NCBI GenBank assembly: GCA_963807635.1
Contig: CAWEDJ010000044.1
Coordinates: 1-51,461 of the forward strand
Source: an uncultured cyanobacterium
GTDB lineage: Bacteria > Cyanobacteriota > Cyanobacteriia > Cyanobacteriales > Microcystaceae
Direction: 5' to 3'
DNA: 51,461 nt
Of this stretch, positions 1-8,899 are shown piece by piece. Numbering within the stretch: position 1 is the first letter of the stretch; every line of letters begins with the position of its first letter. The notes below the pieces were generated by a model that was not told the origin of the DNA, ran no database searches, and was given only the letters and a program-made list of their open reading frames with translations. A program made the position numbers and the translations under genes.

Positions 1-1
1 G

Positions 2-202
2 TGGCAATTATTTGAAACTTGGATAGCGGCGATCGCGGAGGTTTTAATGGCAGAGGGAAGGGAGGACAATGTGGCGAAACAGCAAGCGGAAAAAGCGGTT
101 ATTTTGGTGCGGGGTTCTTTGATTTTGTCTCAGGGTTTAAATAATGCTCAGGTATTTAAACGGATTATTGGCGATCGTCCCACAGAACTACGGATGCGTT
201 AA
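2..202 (+). CDS. C-terminal part of a TetR/AcrR-family regulator (runs off the window's left edge)
   Basis: Frame 2 reads WQLFETWIAAIAEVLMAEG...GSLILSQGLNNAQVFKRII..MR*, resembling the C-terminal helices of cyanobacterial TetR proteins; stop at 200-202. Confidence 0.6.
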   Translation, partial: WQLFETWIAAIAEVLMAEGREDNVAKQQAEKAVILVRGSLILSQGLNNAQVFKRIIGDRPTELRMR

Positions 203-261
203 AATCATCATCAACAATCGGCGTGATCGCTTTTATAGCGTAATATACGGAGATACGATAT

Positions 262-276
262 GCTAACGCATCCTAC
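262..276 (-). repeat. GTAG-type REP-like half element
   Basis: Minus strand GTAGGATGCGTTAGC, nearly the same as GTAGGGTGCGTTA at 8211. Confidence 0.45.
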
Positions 277-377
277 GGGATCGGCGGTCTAACTATCAGC
301 TATTTGGAATCAAAAGTCCTAATCCAAAGAGAGATTTTTGGGAAATAAATTATTGACAACTAGAGTAATAATAGCTT

Positions 378-1874
378 ATGGGTTACATATATATTTTGAT
401 TAATCCTGCTTTAAAGGAACTAATAAAAATTGGAATGACAACTCGAACACCAGAAGAACGAGCCAAAGAACTTTCTGCACAAACAGGTATCCCGACTTCA
501 TTCCATGTTGCTTATGAAAGCGAGGTTTCTGATTGTAAAAGATTGGAGAAAATTATTCATCAAAGACTTGAGAATTTTAGATATAGTCGAAATAGGGAGT
601 TCTTTTCGATAAAACTCAAGGATGCTATCCATTTTATTGAGAAGGAAGTGAAAAACTTTGAAACTGTTACCTATATAGTGAATAGTTTAGAGATTTTTCA
701 AGATTCAGATATTTATCAATATAGTGAAAGCTTTGAATCTACTTTTAATAAACAAGCCGAATTGCTTGACTTTACTCTTAAGAAATTAGATATTTTCCAA
801 GATTATAAACTTGAAAAAACAAGAGTCATAATCAAACTATTAAAAGCATATTACTTTTATCATTATTGTCTGCAAGAAAGTCGTCATCAATCACAACTAG
901 ACTTATTTAGCTTACTTTACAAGCCATCATATATGCAAGCCGAAATTATGATCGAATCTATTTTTAAAGTTGTGACAAGTATTCAAGAACATAATACAAA
1001 AGAGAATAAATTCTCGTACGAAGTGTATTTTTTTGGGCTAATAGAAAGTCTTTTACGTGAGGGTACAAAAAATCAAAAATTAGAAATAGCTGAATGGGCT
1101 ATTAATGAAAAAGAGTACTATAATAAGTGGACGAATTATCAATATGAAAGATTGCTTATGTGGGTTATTGAACATAGCCCCAATGAGAGAATAACACTGA
1201 AGAGTGCTTTTAAATTATTTAACCTTTTTCCAGAACAGAATCCATATTCTTTTTTAGAACAACAAAATGAGATGACGTTTTGGTCACCAAGTTATGATTA
1301 CACACAATTACTTATTGATTGTTTGTTTAATATTTTTGAATCCAGACAACCTCAAAATAGTAAGTTTATCGAGGAATTTATAGCTGATTTTTTGGGTTTT
1401 GTAAATCAAAAAATTGACTTAACTAAGGAAATTATTCGTAATAAATCACAAGAAGATCTAAACATCAAGCTAACAGAGATTGAAGATCTAGAGTTCACAC
1501 TTGAAGAAGACAACCACAAAAACCAAAATGATTTACAAAACGAAGATGACATAGAAGCGAGATTAGAGATATTATATGAAGAATATAGAGAAATGGAGGA
1601 AGAAATTGAATCATTAACAATTGAGGAGTTTATTTTGCCTAGAAATGAAATAAGATTATTTGAATTTCTGATTCGGCTAATGCTCGAAATGAAAGATGAC
1701 CTACAAAAAGATCTCCTAAGAAGATTAATAACAAATATATTTCACTGCAATCTAAATCAATTTTCAGACGCATTTTTAGAAAATTTGGTTCGACTATTAA
1801 TTTTTCTCAAATATGATTATAGTGATGAAATACTTTTTTCATATATCAATAAAATTATCCACAAAAATTTTTGA
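378..1874 (+). CDS. GIY-YIG (T5orf172/MUG113-type) nuclease-domain protein with long helical, acidic C-terminal region
   Basis: N-terminal GYIYILINP..IKIGMT.R.PEERAKEL...LEK.IHQRL...NREFF; AT-rich; no HIP1 inside. Confidence 0.8.
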   Translation: MGYIYILINPALKELIKIGMTTRTPEERAKELSAQTGIPTSFHVAYESEVSDCKRLEKIIHQRLENFRYSRNREFFSIKLKDAIHFIEKEVKNFETVTYIVNSLEIFQDSDIYQYSESFESTFNKQAELLDFTLKKLDIFQDYKLEKTRVIIKLLKAYYFYHYCLQESRHQSQLDLFSLLYKPSYMQAEIMIESIFKVVTSIQEHNTKENKFSYEVYFFGLIESLLREGTKNQKLEIAEWAINEKEYYNKWTNYQYERLLMWVIEHSPNERITLKSAFKLFNLFPEQNPYSFLEQQNEMTFWSPSYDYTQLLIDCLFNIFESRQPQNSKFIEEFIADFLGFVNQKIDLTKEIIRNKSQEDLNIKLTEIEDLEFTLEEDNHKNQNDLQNEDDIEARLEILYEEYREMEEEIESLTIEEFILPRNEIRLFEFLIRLMLEMKDDLQKDLLRRLITNIFHCNLNQFSDAFLENLVRLLIFLKYDYSDEILFSYINKIIHKNF

Positions 1875-2049
1875 TTTAAATAGCCGCTTCGTAAGCTAAG
1901 TTGACAACAGGAAACCCAGAATTACTTTTCTCTGTTAGTACTAACCAGAACCCAGATTGCATTTTAAATTGTAACGGTGGATTCGATCGCTAAAATGAGA
2001 GGGATATCCGTGTTTAATTACTACTACAGCCAAATAGAAACGCGATCGC

Positions 2050-2394
2050 CTAAATTTGAGTAAATAATTTATTAATCATAATAATTACTTCTGCTAGTGT
2101 CTCACTAGGAATTTTACAAACAAATTCAGCTTCTCTCGTTCGGTAATCCAGAGATTTTACTTGATCGGCTAAAACAACACCTGAAATTGTTAAGCCGTCA
2201 GGAATCTTGACTTCAAAAGGATAATTTTTAACTTTTGTGGTGATGGGACAGACAACAATTAATCCGACTTTGTGATTATAAATATTAGGAGAAATCACTA
2301 AAGCTGGCCTTCTCCCCATTTGTTCACGTCCAGACTGAGGATTAAAATTAATCCAGATAATATCTCCTTTTTTAGGAAGGTAAGCCTTAAGCAT
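2050..2394 (-). CDS. mazF: MazF/PemK-family endoribonuclease toxin
   Basis: GDIIWINFNPQSGREQMGRRPALVIS...CPITTK...GVVLADQVKSLD; likely ATG at 2394. Confidence 0.92.
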   Translation of the reverse strand: MLKAYLPKKGDIIWINFNPQSGREQMGRRPALVISPNIYNHKVGLIVVCPITTKVKNYPFEVKIPDGLTISGVVLADQVKSLDYRTREAEFVCKIPSETLAEVIIMINKLFTQI

Positions 2395-2398
2395 CTTC

Positions 2399-2635
2399 TT
2401 AGAAAATCTCGGCTCCAACAAGTTCCTCTATTTCTATAATTTCAGGTAGAGCTTCGGGAAAATTTACTGTGAGAAGCTCATTTAAGTCTTTCGCTTTTTG
2501 AGTTGAATTTAAGATATTATTGGTAATCATTTGGATCACTAATTCATTGATTGGCTCTTCGGTTAATTCAGACAGTTTCTCTAGTTTATGAAATAATGAT
2601 TCAGAAATTTCTAGGGTTAATTGTCGAGTTTTCAT
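2399..2635 (-). CDS. Putative antitoxin (ribbon-helix-helix-like) upstream of mazF
   Basis: 78 aa, N-terminal RQLTLEISESLFHKLEKLS pattern, acidic tail, immediately upstream of the toxin. Confidence 0.7.
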   Translation of the reverse strand: MKTRQLTLEISESLFHKLEKLSELTEEPINELVIQMITNNILNSTQKAKDLNELLTVNFPEALPEIIEIEELVGAEIF

Positions 2636-2805
2636 CGGCTTATCTAAGATTGATTAGCTACAATTATGAGTAGACAATATTTTTTACCTATTTTAACAGA
2701 TTTTTGATAATTCCTGCTGGATTATGCGATCATGCAGTGCCGCTACGCGATCGCAAAGTTAAAACGAGAGAGCGATCAGGATATAACAAATCATTGAATT
2801 AGAGG

Positions 2806-2997
2806 AACTCGCCTGGGGGAATTTTATAGCGACCCTGTTTGTTTGCCATCTTGTTGCATAAGTTGATTAGGGCGATCGCACAAGTATTGATTGAATCGGG
2901 AATGGAGACAAAACTGGCTTAACATCGCGCCCATGATTATGCGATCGCGATTCAGGACGCACTGACTCCAGCCCAGGCATTGAATGAAGAAATGTAA
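2806..2997 (+). pseudogene. Decayed second copy of a TetR-family 3' end
   Basis: From 2872 reads AIAQVLIESGMETKLA*HRAHDYAIAIQDALTPAQALNEEM*, aligning without gaps (14/39 identical) to the ORF tail at 29-145. Confidence 0.6.
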
Positions 2998-3075
2998 ATA
3001 TCTAGGGCAAGATTCCCCCATGAATATTGTCCCAAGTCAAATCCATGTGTTAGCATGAAGGCTGAGAAATAAAAG

Positions 3076-3173
3076 AACGGTGACAAGATTTGTGTTCAGA
3101 TACGTTTATTGTATTGACAGGCTTCTCCCGACATCTAAACTCTCTCCAAGCTGACGATTAAGGAGAAAAACCC
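3076..3173 (+). promoter_or_regulatory. rbp 5' UTR with box-like motifs and anti-Shine-Dalgarno segments
   Basis: CGGTGA (3078), TTTGTGTTCAGAT (3089), TCTCC (3124, 3143) complementary to GGAGA of the RBS (3162); resembles 5' UTR boxes of cold-induced cyanobacterial rbp genes. Confidence 0.45.
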
Positions 3174-3488
3174 ATGTCAATTTTTGTTGGAAATCTTTCC
3201 TATGAAGTAGGTGAACCCGACCTCACAGAGGTATTCGCTGAATACGGAAAAGTAAAACGAGTCTATTTCCCCACCGACCGGGAAACAGGCAAAAAGCGCG
3301 GTTTTGCATTTGTTGAAATGGAAACTGCGGCTGAAGAAGACAAGGCTATCGAAACCCTCGATGGTGCTGAATGGATGGGTCGCGAAATGAAAGTTAACAA
3401 AGCCAAAGAACGTGAACAGCGTCCTTCTGGTGGCGGTGGCTACGGCGGTGGTCGCGGCGGCGGCGGTGGCGGACGTAACCGTTACTAA
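3174..3488 (+). CDS. rbpA: RRM-type RNA-binding protein with Gly-rich tail (cold-inducible Rbp class)
   Basis: RNP2 IFVGNL, RNP1 RGFAFVEM, C-terminal GGGGYGGGRGGGG. Confidence 0.93.
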   Translation: MSIFVGNLSYEVGEPDLTEVFAEYGKVKRVYFPTDRETGKKRGFAFVEMETAAEEDKAIETLDGAEWMGREMKVNKAKEREQRPSGGGGYGGGRGGGGGGRNRY

Positions 3489-3641
3489 GATAGTTAATGT
3501 TTAGGGGTTGTTAATCTTAGTTGATAACAATCACTACTTCCCTAATTCTTTTCGTTGAGTCGCCTTGTTGCACTAATTTCAGTTAGTAACCCTAACAAGA
3601 CGACAGCCCCATTCTTCTATTAGTTTATTCAAATAATTTTT

Positions 3642-3679
3642 CCGTTCTTTCTCTGTTGAGATTAGGAACGGCTTTTTTT
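3642..3679 (+). terminator. Intrinsic terminator after rbp
   Basis: CCGTTC...GAACGG stem followed by T7. Confidence 0.75.
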
Positions 3680-3735
3680 ATGGCTATCAACGACAACACT
3701 CAGTAAATCAGAAAAAAATAAGTAAACGTAAGGTT

Positions 3736-4845
3736 ATGACTCGGATTGCCATTATTGGAGCGGGGGTTGTGGGAGCCGCAATCGCCTACGAACTTAGCTT
3801 AATCCCAGGGCTAGACATTATTTTATTGGATGAACAAGAACCCAGTGCGGGTTCAACAGGCGGAGCGTTAGGGGTATTGGCAGGAGTCATCAATAGAAAG
3901 GGCTGGACACTACGCAAAGCCAGTTTAGAACGCTACGAAACTCTCATTCCTGAGCTAGAATCTCGCACGGGTCAGAGCATTCCCTATAATCGTCAAGGGA
4001 TTTTATTATTACAATCGACAGAAACAAAAGAAGCATCCAAAAAGTGGAATAAATTACAAAGGGATCGCCAAGACCAGGGTTATCGGTTAGAAAGATGGAA
4101 CTTAGAACAATTAAGGGAAAAATGTCCTGATTTTGCCCTAGAAAACGTCGTTTCGGCTATTTATTCTCCCCAGGATCGACAAGTTCATCCCCGTATTTTA
4201 ACGGAATCTCTGATCCAGGTTGCCTGTTTAAATGGAGTCGAATGTCAATTTGGGGTAAGTGTAGAGCTATTAACGCCTCAAGTTTTTAAACATGGGGAAA
4301 AAGACAAAATTCATTTGCATCAGATTCACACTTCCCAGGGAACTATTTCAGTGGATCAAATAGTGATTAGTGCAGGAATTGGCTCTAGGGAACTCACCCA
4401 ATCCCTGGGGCAACCGCTCGATATTCGCCCCGTTTTGGGACAAGCGTTACATCTTAAACTGCTTCAACCTTTAAAAAATATTGAGTTTCAACCCGTCATT
4501 ACTAGTCATGATATTCACATTATTCCCTTGGGTTCAGGGGAATACTGGGTTGGGGCTACGATTGAATTTCCTTCTCAGGAGGGTGAAATTTATGCTAACG
4601 CCAGTTTACTTGAAAAGGTTCTTCAACAAGCGATCGCGGTTTTTCCTGCCCTCAATCAAGCTCAAATTCTCCGCTCCTGGTCTGGTAAACGCCCCCGCCC
4701 TGAAGCAGAACTGGCTCCTGTTATTCGGGAACTAGAGGGTTATGACAATGTTTTATTAGCAACGGGTCATTATCGGAATGGGGTTTTGTTAGCTCCTGCA
4801 ACGGCTTTGGTGATTAAGGAGAAACTTCTTTCTCTCTTGACTTGA
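3736..4845 (+). CDS. FAD-dependent oxidoreductase, DAO/glycine oxidase (ThiO-like) family
   Basis: IAIIGAGVVG Rossmann motif; WSGKRPRP; ATGHYRNGVLLAPATA. Confidence 0.88.
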   Translation: MTRIAIIGAGVVGAAIAYELSLIPGLDIILLDEQEPSAGSTGGALGVLAGVINRKGWTLRKASLERYETLIPELESRTGQSIPYNRQGILLLQSTETKEASKKWNKLQRDRQDQGYRLERWNLEQLREKCPDFALENVVSAIYSPQDRQVHPRILTESLIQVACLNGVECQFGVSVELLTPQVFKHGEKDKIHLHQIHTSQGTISVDQIVISAGIGSRELTQSLGQPLDIRPVLGQALHLKLLQPLKNIEFQPVITSHDIHIIPLGSGEYWVGATIEFPSQEGEIYANASLLEKVLQQAIAVFPALNQAQILRSWSGKRPRPEAELAPVIRELEGYDNVLLATGHYRNGVLLAPATALVIKEKLLSLLT

Positions 4846-4898
4846 AATTCTCAACAGTCAGAAGATCAAAAAACGCGGTCTCATTAGCAACGATGACA

Positions 4899-6242
4899 TT
4901 AATCAACCGCTTCCCCTGTGAGACTAAATGCCCGAATTTCTGTAATTTTAACCTTCACTAATTGACCTTTTAATTGCTCGATATTCCCAGGAAAAAACGT
5001 TAAACGATTACCCCTTGTACGTCCCATGACTTGGGTCGGATCTTTGGTATTTTGTTCTTCTACTAAAATTTCTTCAATTCGTCCTAAATAACGCTCTGAT
5101 CGCTTCATTGCCGTAGTTGAAACGACATGATTTAATCGTTGCAGGCGATCGCTTTTGACTCCCTCATTCAGTTGATCTTCCCAAAGGGCGGCAGGAGTTC
5201 CAGGACGGGGAGAATAGGCCGCCGTATTGAGTAAATCGAAACCAATTTCTTCGACTAATTGCAAGGTATTTTCAAATTGTGCTTCCGTTTCCCCAGGAAA
5301 ACCGACGATCACATCCCCACTAATGGACGCATCGGGCATATAGTGACGAATCTTATCAATAATTTGTCGGTATTTTTCAATCGTATAACCCCGTTTCATG
5401 GCCTTCAATATTTCATTATCCCCCGACTGAAAAGGAATATGAAAATGTTCACAAACCTTGGGTAATTCCTGACAAGCTTTGATCAATCTTTCGGTAAAAT
5501 AACGGGGATGACTCGTCGCAAACCGTAGGCGATCAATGCCCTCCACATCATGCACATAATAAAGTAAATCCGTCAAAGTATGCAGATGACGACCCGTTTC
5601 CGTTGATCCGCCCAAATCCCGACCGTAGGCATCAATATTCTGACCCAGTAGCGTAATTTCCTTATAACCCTGTTGCCCCAATTGTTCCATTTCTGCCCGA
5701 ATTGCTTCAGGAGTCCGCGATTGCTCCTCGCCCCGCACATTGGGAACCACACAATAGGTACAACGCTCATTGCAACCATAGATCACATTCACCCAACCCG
5801 TAACGCGGCTATCTCGGCGAGGACTGGTAATATCTTCCATGATATGAACCGCTTCCGTCGCCACCACCTGATTTCCCGCAAACACCTGTTCTAATAAATC
5901 TTCCAATCGATTGGCGTGTTGCGGCCCCATCACCAAATCCAATTCAGGCACTCGGCGCAATAATTGTTCTCCTTCCTGTTGAGCCACACACCCCGCGACA
6001 ATTAAGGTCAAATTAGGTTCTTGTTGTTTGCGTTTAGCCTGTCTGCCTAGATAGGAATAAACTTTTTGCTCGGCATTATCCCGAATAGTGCAGGTGTTGT
6101 AGAGAATCAAATCCGCTTCATTGGGATCGTCTGACCATGCCATTCCCATGTTGTCGAGAATGCCCGCCATGCGTTCCGAGTCAGCTTTATTCATCTGACA
6201 GCCAAAGGTGGTGATGTGATAACGGCGGTGGGAAGTGGTCAT
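4899..6242 (-). CDS. miaB: tRNA-i6A37 methylthiotransferase MiaB
   Basis: [12 protein letters not shown], radical [12 protein letters not shown]-terminal TRAM domain. Confidence 0.97.
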   Translation of the reverse strand: MTTSHRRYHITTFGCQMNKADSERMAGILDNMGMAWSDDPNEADLILYNTCTIRDNAEQKVYSYLGRQAKRKQQEPNLTLIVAGCVAQQEGEQLLRRVPELDLVMGPQHANRLEDLLEQVFAGNQVVATEAVHIMEDITSPRRDSRVTGWVNVIYGCNERCTYCVVPNVRGEEQSRTPEAIRAEMEQLGQQGYKEITLLGQNIDAYGRDLGGSTETGRHLHTLTDLLYYVHDVEGIDRLRFATSHPRYFTERLIKACQELPKVCEHFHIPFQSGDNEILKAMKRGYTIEKYRQIIDKIRHYMPDASISGDVIVGFPGETEAQFENTLQLVEEIGFDLLNTAAYSPRPGTPAALWEDQLNEGVKSDRLQRLNHVVSTTAMKRSERYLGRIEEILVEEQNTKDPTQVMGRTRGNRLTFFPGNIEQLKGQLVKVKITEIRAFSLTGEAVD

Positions 6243-6289
6243 AGGTTACATAACAGAAATAAAGTCCAGCCTTCTATTATAAACCCGTC

Positions 6290-6586
6290 TCAAAGGCTTG
6301 ACTCTTTTTGAGATTGGAAATAAAAATAATCTTCTTGATCTAAGCGCAAATTAAAAGCAGAGAAACAACACAATAATGTTCGCCTATCAACTGGACTAGA
6401 ACTGCTAAAAATTTTGCTGAGGGTGTTGGGTGTTAATCCCGTATATTCACTGAGATGCTCTAGGGTATATCTTCCTAAACCTCGCATCAATTCCTGTTCA
6501 AGTTTAGCTTGATTCAATTTTCTGAATCCTGTTGCAGTTAATCCGACACCTCGTTGACGGGTTATTTTTTCAAGCGGCGATCGCAT
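6290..6586 (-). CDS. Small HTH (XRE-like) DNA-binding protein of the type found at the N-terminus of cyanobacterial NB-ARC/NACHT proteins
   Basis: RQRGVGLTATGFRKLNQAK...TLEHLSEYTGLTPNTLSKIF...VDRRTL..CFSAFNL.L...DY. Confidence 0.7.
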   Translation of the reverse strand: MRSPLEKITRQRGVGLTATGFRKLNQAKLEQELMRGLGRYTLEHLSEYTGLTPNTLSKIFSSSSPVDRRTLLCCFSAFNLRLDQEDYFYFQSQKESSL

Positions 6587-7048
6587 GATTCACCTCTCGG
6601 CAAAACTAATTTTGAGTGACTAGGATAGATTATATATACGAGCGAAAGCAATAGTAGTTTCTTAAAAAAAATTTACTCTCGAAAAATGTATTCTAAGGCA
6701 CTAATTTTAGAGAAAGGTGCGATCGCGGTTTGAATTTGAAAGGGTAAAGGGCGATCGCGGTTATTCTTCATAAATTTCTCGACGATGTCCGATTCTACGG
6801 GACAATTCATTAAACAGAAATCCCATCATGTTGATAAATGTCTTCTTCTGAAATGGTTGGTCTGTCTGCGATTCGTTTTTTAGGTATTGTTCTTTGGCGG
6901 TTATGGGTGGTTTGGGAAGGGGGGATTTTCCAGATTATAGGGATGCCGTTCTTGATGTAGATCGCTGTTTTCGTGGTCTGGGGTATGAGTTAAAAGTTTG
7001 GGGTTCGGAGAGTGGGTAGATTGTCAGGATATTACGACAAGGGTTGGG

Positions 7049-7172
7049 CTTAAGTTGGTAAAGTTGGGAATTTTTCCCAAGTTAAGGATTTTTGCGAGAG
7101 GGTTGAGGGGCTGGAAGTTAGGTGGGGTAGGGGTTTGGGGAATTTTGTAGATTTTTTCCTTAAGTTGGTAAA
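7049..7172. repeat. 14-bp direct repeat CTTAAGTTGGTAAA, two copies 110 bp apart; putative operator pair
   Basis: Exact copies at 7049-7062 and 7159-7172; related inverted copy CCAAGTTAAGG at 7077-7087. Confidence 0.6.
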
Positions 7173-7334
7173 CTTTGGTTGTGTTGAGGTCGGGAGAAAA
7201 ATATATTGATTAGGAGTTATCTTGATGGGCTAATTATCAACGAGGAGTGTGAATAGCAACCTTTATCTCCTTTTCTTTTTAGCTTCTCTTGTTACCCCTT
7301 CAGCCAATTTTTATAAAACCAAGGAGCAGTTGTA

Positions 7335-8189
7335 ATGCCTACTAATTATACGATTTATCTTGTGAATAAGTCTGTAAACTCTCAGCAATTCTGGGCTTTT
7401 TTAGCACCACCAGTCGTCACATCTGGTCCAGAGCTATTTGCTAATTCCAACACAAGCCTACAAATTCCTGGATTATCGAGCAATTTAAATTCTTTCACGA
7501 TACCAGTGCAGTACATAGTTGGCGTAGGAGCATCAAACAATGCCGTAGGTCTGAATACCGTAATCACGTCCAATGCAACTCGGAATACTGAACTTGGCCA
7601 GGGGTGGGCAGTAACATATGCTACTGTACCCCCGAATCAAGGCCCAGACCTGTCGGGGGCTGCCCTTTCCTCCGCCACGTCAATAACAATGACAAGCAAT
7701 GCTTTCAATCAACAAACCAACCAAGCCAATAGCTGGTATGAAAGTATGACATTTGGTGTTAAAACTCAATCAGGCTCTCTTGGGATAACGTGGGTGCCAG
7801 ACCCAAGTAAAGAATACATCATCACACCCACGCTAACATTCTACATCGCTGTTGGGAATTTTTCATCTAATCAGTTGGCTTCTATTGCGGCAATATCAAC
7901 GGGTTCTCAGGCACTCTCTACTCCAAGTAGTTTCGATGCTCTTGGACGGTGTACTGTCGTGTATAGTGCCACAGGCCAGTTTAGTACTTATACTGGTGTG
8001 CCTAAGGCATCAGATCTTTTGTCAAATGCTGATGCCCTGAAACAATTCCTAGGGAGTGTTGCAGAAGAAGCAGGTTGGTGTGAATGCGATGAAAATGGCG
8101 TTTTGCGTAATAAATGCAAGGAAGGGTATAAGCCTAAATGCGTTGAGCTTGAAGGTGGGGAATGGGCCTGTGAGTGTGTGCAGAAGTAA
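7335..8189 (+). CDS. Hypothetical beta-rich Ser/Thr/Asn-rich protein (RhiA-like N-terminus) with six-Cys C-terminal module
   Basis: RBS AAGGAG at 7321; MPTNYTIYLVNKS..QFWAFL start; tail CEC-x9-C-x7-C-x9-CEC. Confidence 0.75.
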   Translation: MPTNYTIYLVNKSVNSQQFWAFLAPPVVTSGPELFANSNTSLQIPGLSSNLNSFTIPVQYIVGVGASNNAVGLNTVITSNATRNTELGQGWAVTYATVPPNQGPDLSGAALSSATSITMTSNAFNQQTNQANSWYESMTFGVKTQSGSLGITWVPDPSKEYIITPTLTFYIAVGNFSSNQLASIAAISTGSQALSTPSSFDALGRCTVVYSATGQFSTYTGVPKASDLLSNADALKQFLGSVAEEAGWCECDENGVLRNKCKEGYKPKCVELEGGEWACECVQK

Positions 8190-8210
8190 TATAGTTTGAT
8201 CGCCGATCGC

Positions 8211-8240
8211 GTAGGGTGCGTTACTTAACGCGCCTTTTTT
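8211..8240 (+). terminator. REP-like hairpin that could act as terminator
   Basis: GTAG-GGTGCGTTA-CT-TAACGCGCC-TTTTTT, directly after a GATCGC cluster. Confidence 0.6.
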
Positions 8241-8622
8241 CTTTAAATTACTACCGTTACTCATCGCCAATATTGTCAGGAATAATGAGAATTTCTACCA
8301 TTCCCCAATCGGTCAGATAAAAACCCTGATAAACCGATGAACCCTAGAAAATAGCCAATCCTGCGGTTTTAAATAGAACCCATGCCGCCCAGAATTGTAA
8401 TCAATATAATCACAATGTAACCCATAATCTCGTTCATCTCACATTAAATATTCCCAAAAACGACGCTGCCATAAATTACTTTTTCTCCGCTTTTGTCGAG
8501 ATAACAAAACCACTCGATCAATCCCTAATGGCTCTCCATGCCTTACACCCTAAATGATGGCATATTCAGCCCTTTCAAATTAGCCGCTAAAATTGAAGAG
8601 GAAACCAACCAAACAGCAAACC

Positions 8623-8748
8623 ATGCTAAAAACCATCGAAGGCATTTATCAGGATGGACAAATCCGCTTCACCAAACCACCGCAAGGTATGGGCGATCGC
8701 CTTAGAAACCCTTTCATCCAGGGCGATCGCCGTCTTCCTTTTAATTAA
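8623..8748 (+). pseudogene. Truncated small antitoxin-like (DUF104/AF2212-like) gene; resemblance ends at a HIP1 site
   Basis: MLKTIEGIYQDGQIRFTKPPQGMGDR followed by HIP1 at 8693 and 8723. Confidence 0.45.
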
Positions 8749-8899
8749 ACTTTAAAACCGCGATCATTCTGGTTTTTGAAAGCGCGATCGCTGTGTTACC
8801 GTAGTCGGCAGAAGATAATCTACAAGCTATCAGTTGAAGCTATAAGTGAAGCAATTATAATACTTCTTAGACAGTTCAAAAAACTTTCAGCCAGAGAAA

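Noticed and set aside
2824..3021. 65-aa minus-strand ORF
   Set aside because: Antisense to the TetR relic; no recognisable features
6761..6830. Minus-strand peptide ending RIGHRREIYEE*, like a RelE toxin C-terminus, next to HIP1
   Set aside because: Only about 10 residues of resemblance; too short to call
8260..8425. Broken hydrophobic ORF on the minus strand (MGYIVIILITILGG...)
   Set aside because: Stops and frameshifts; family not identifiable
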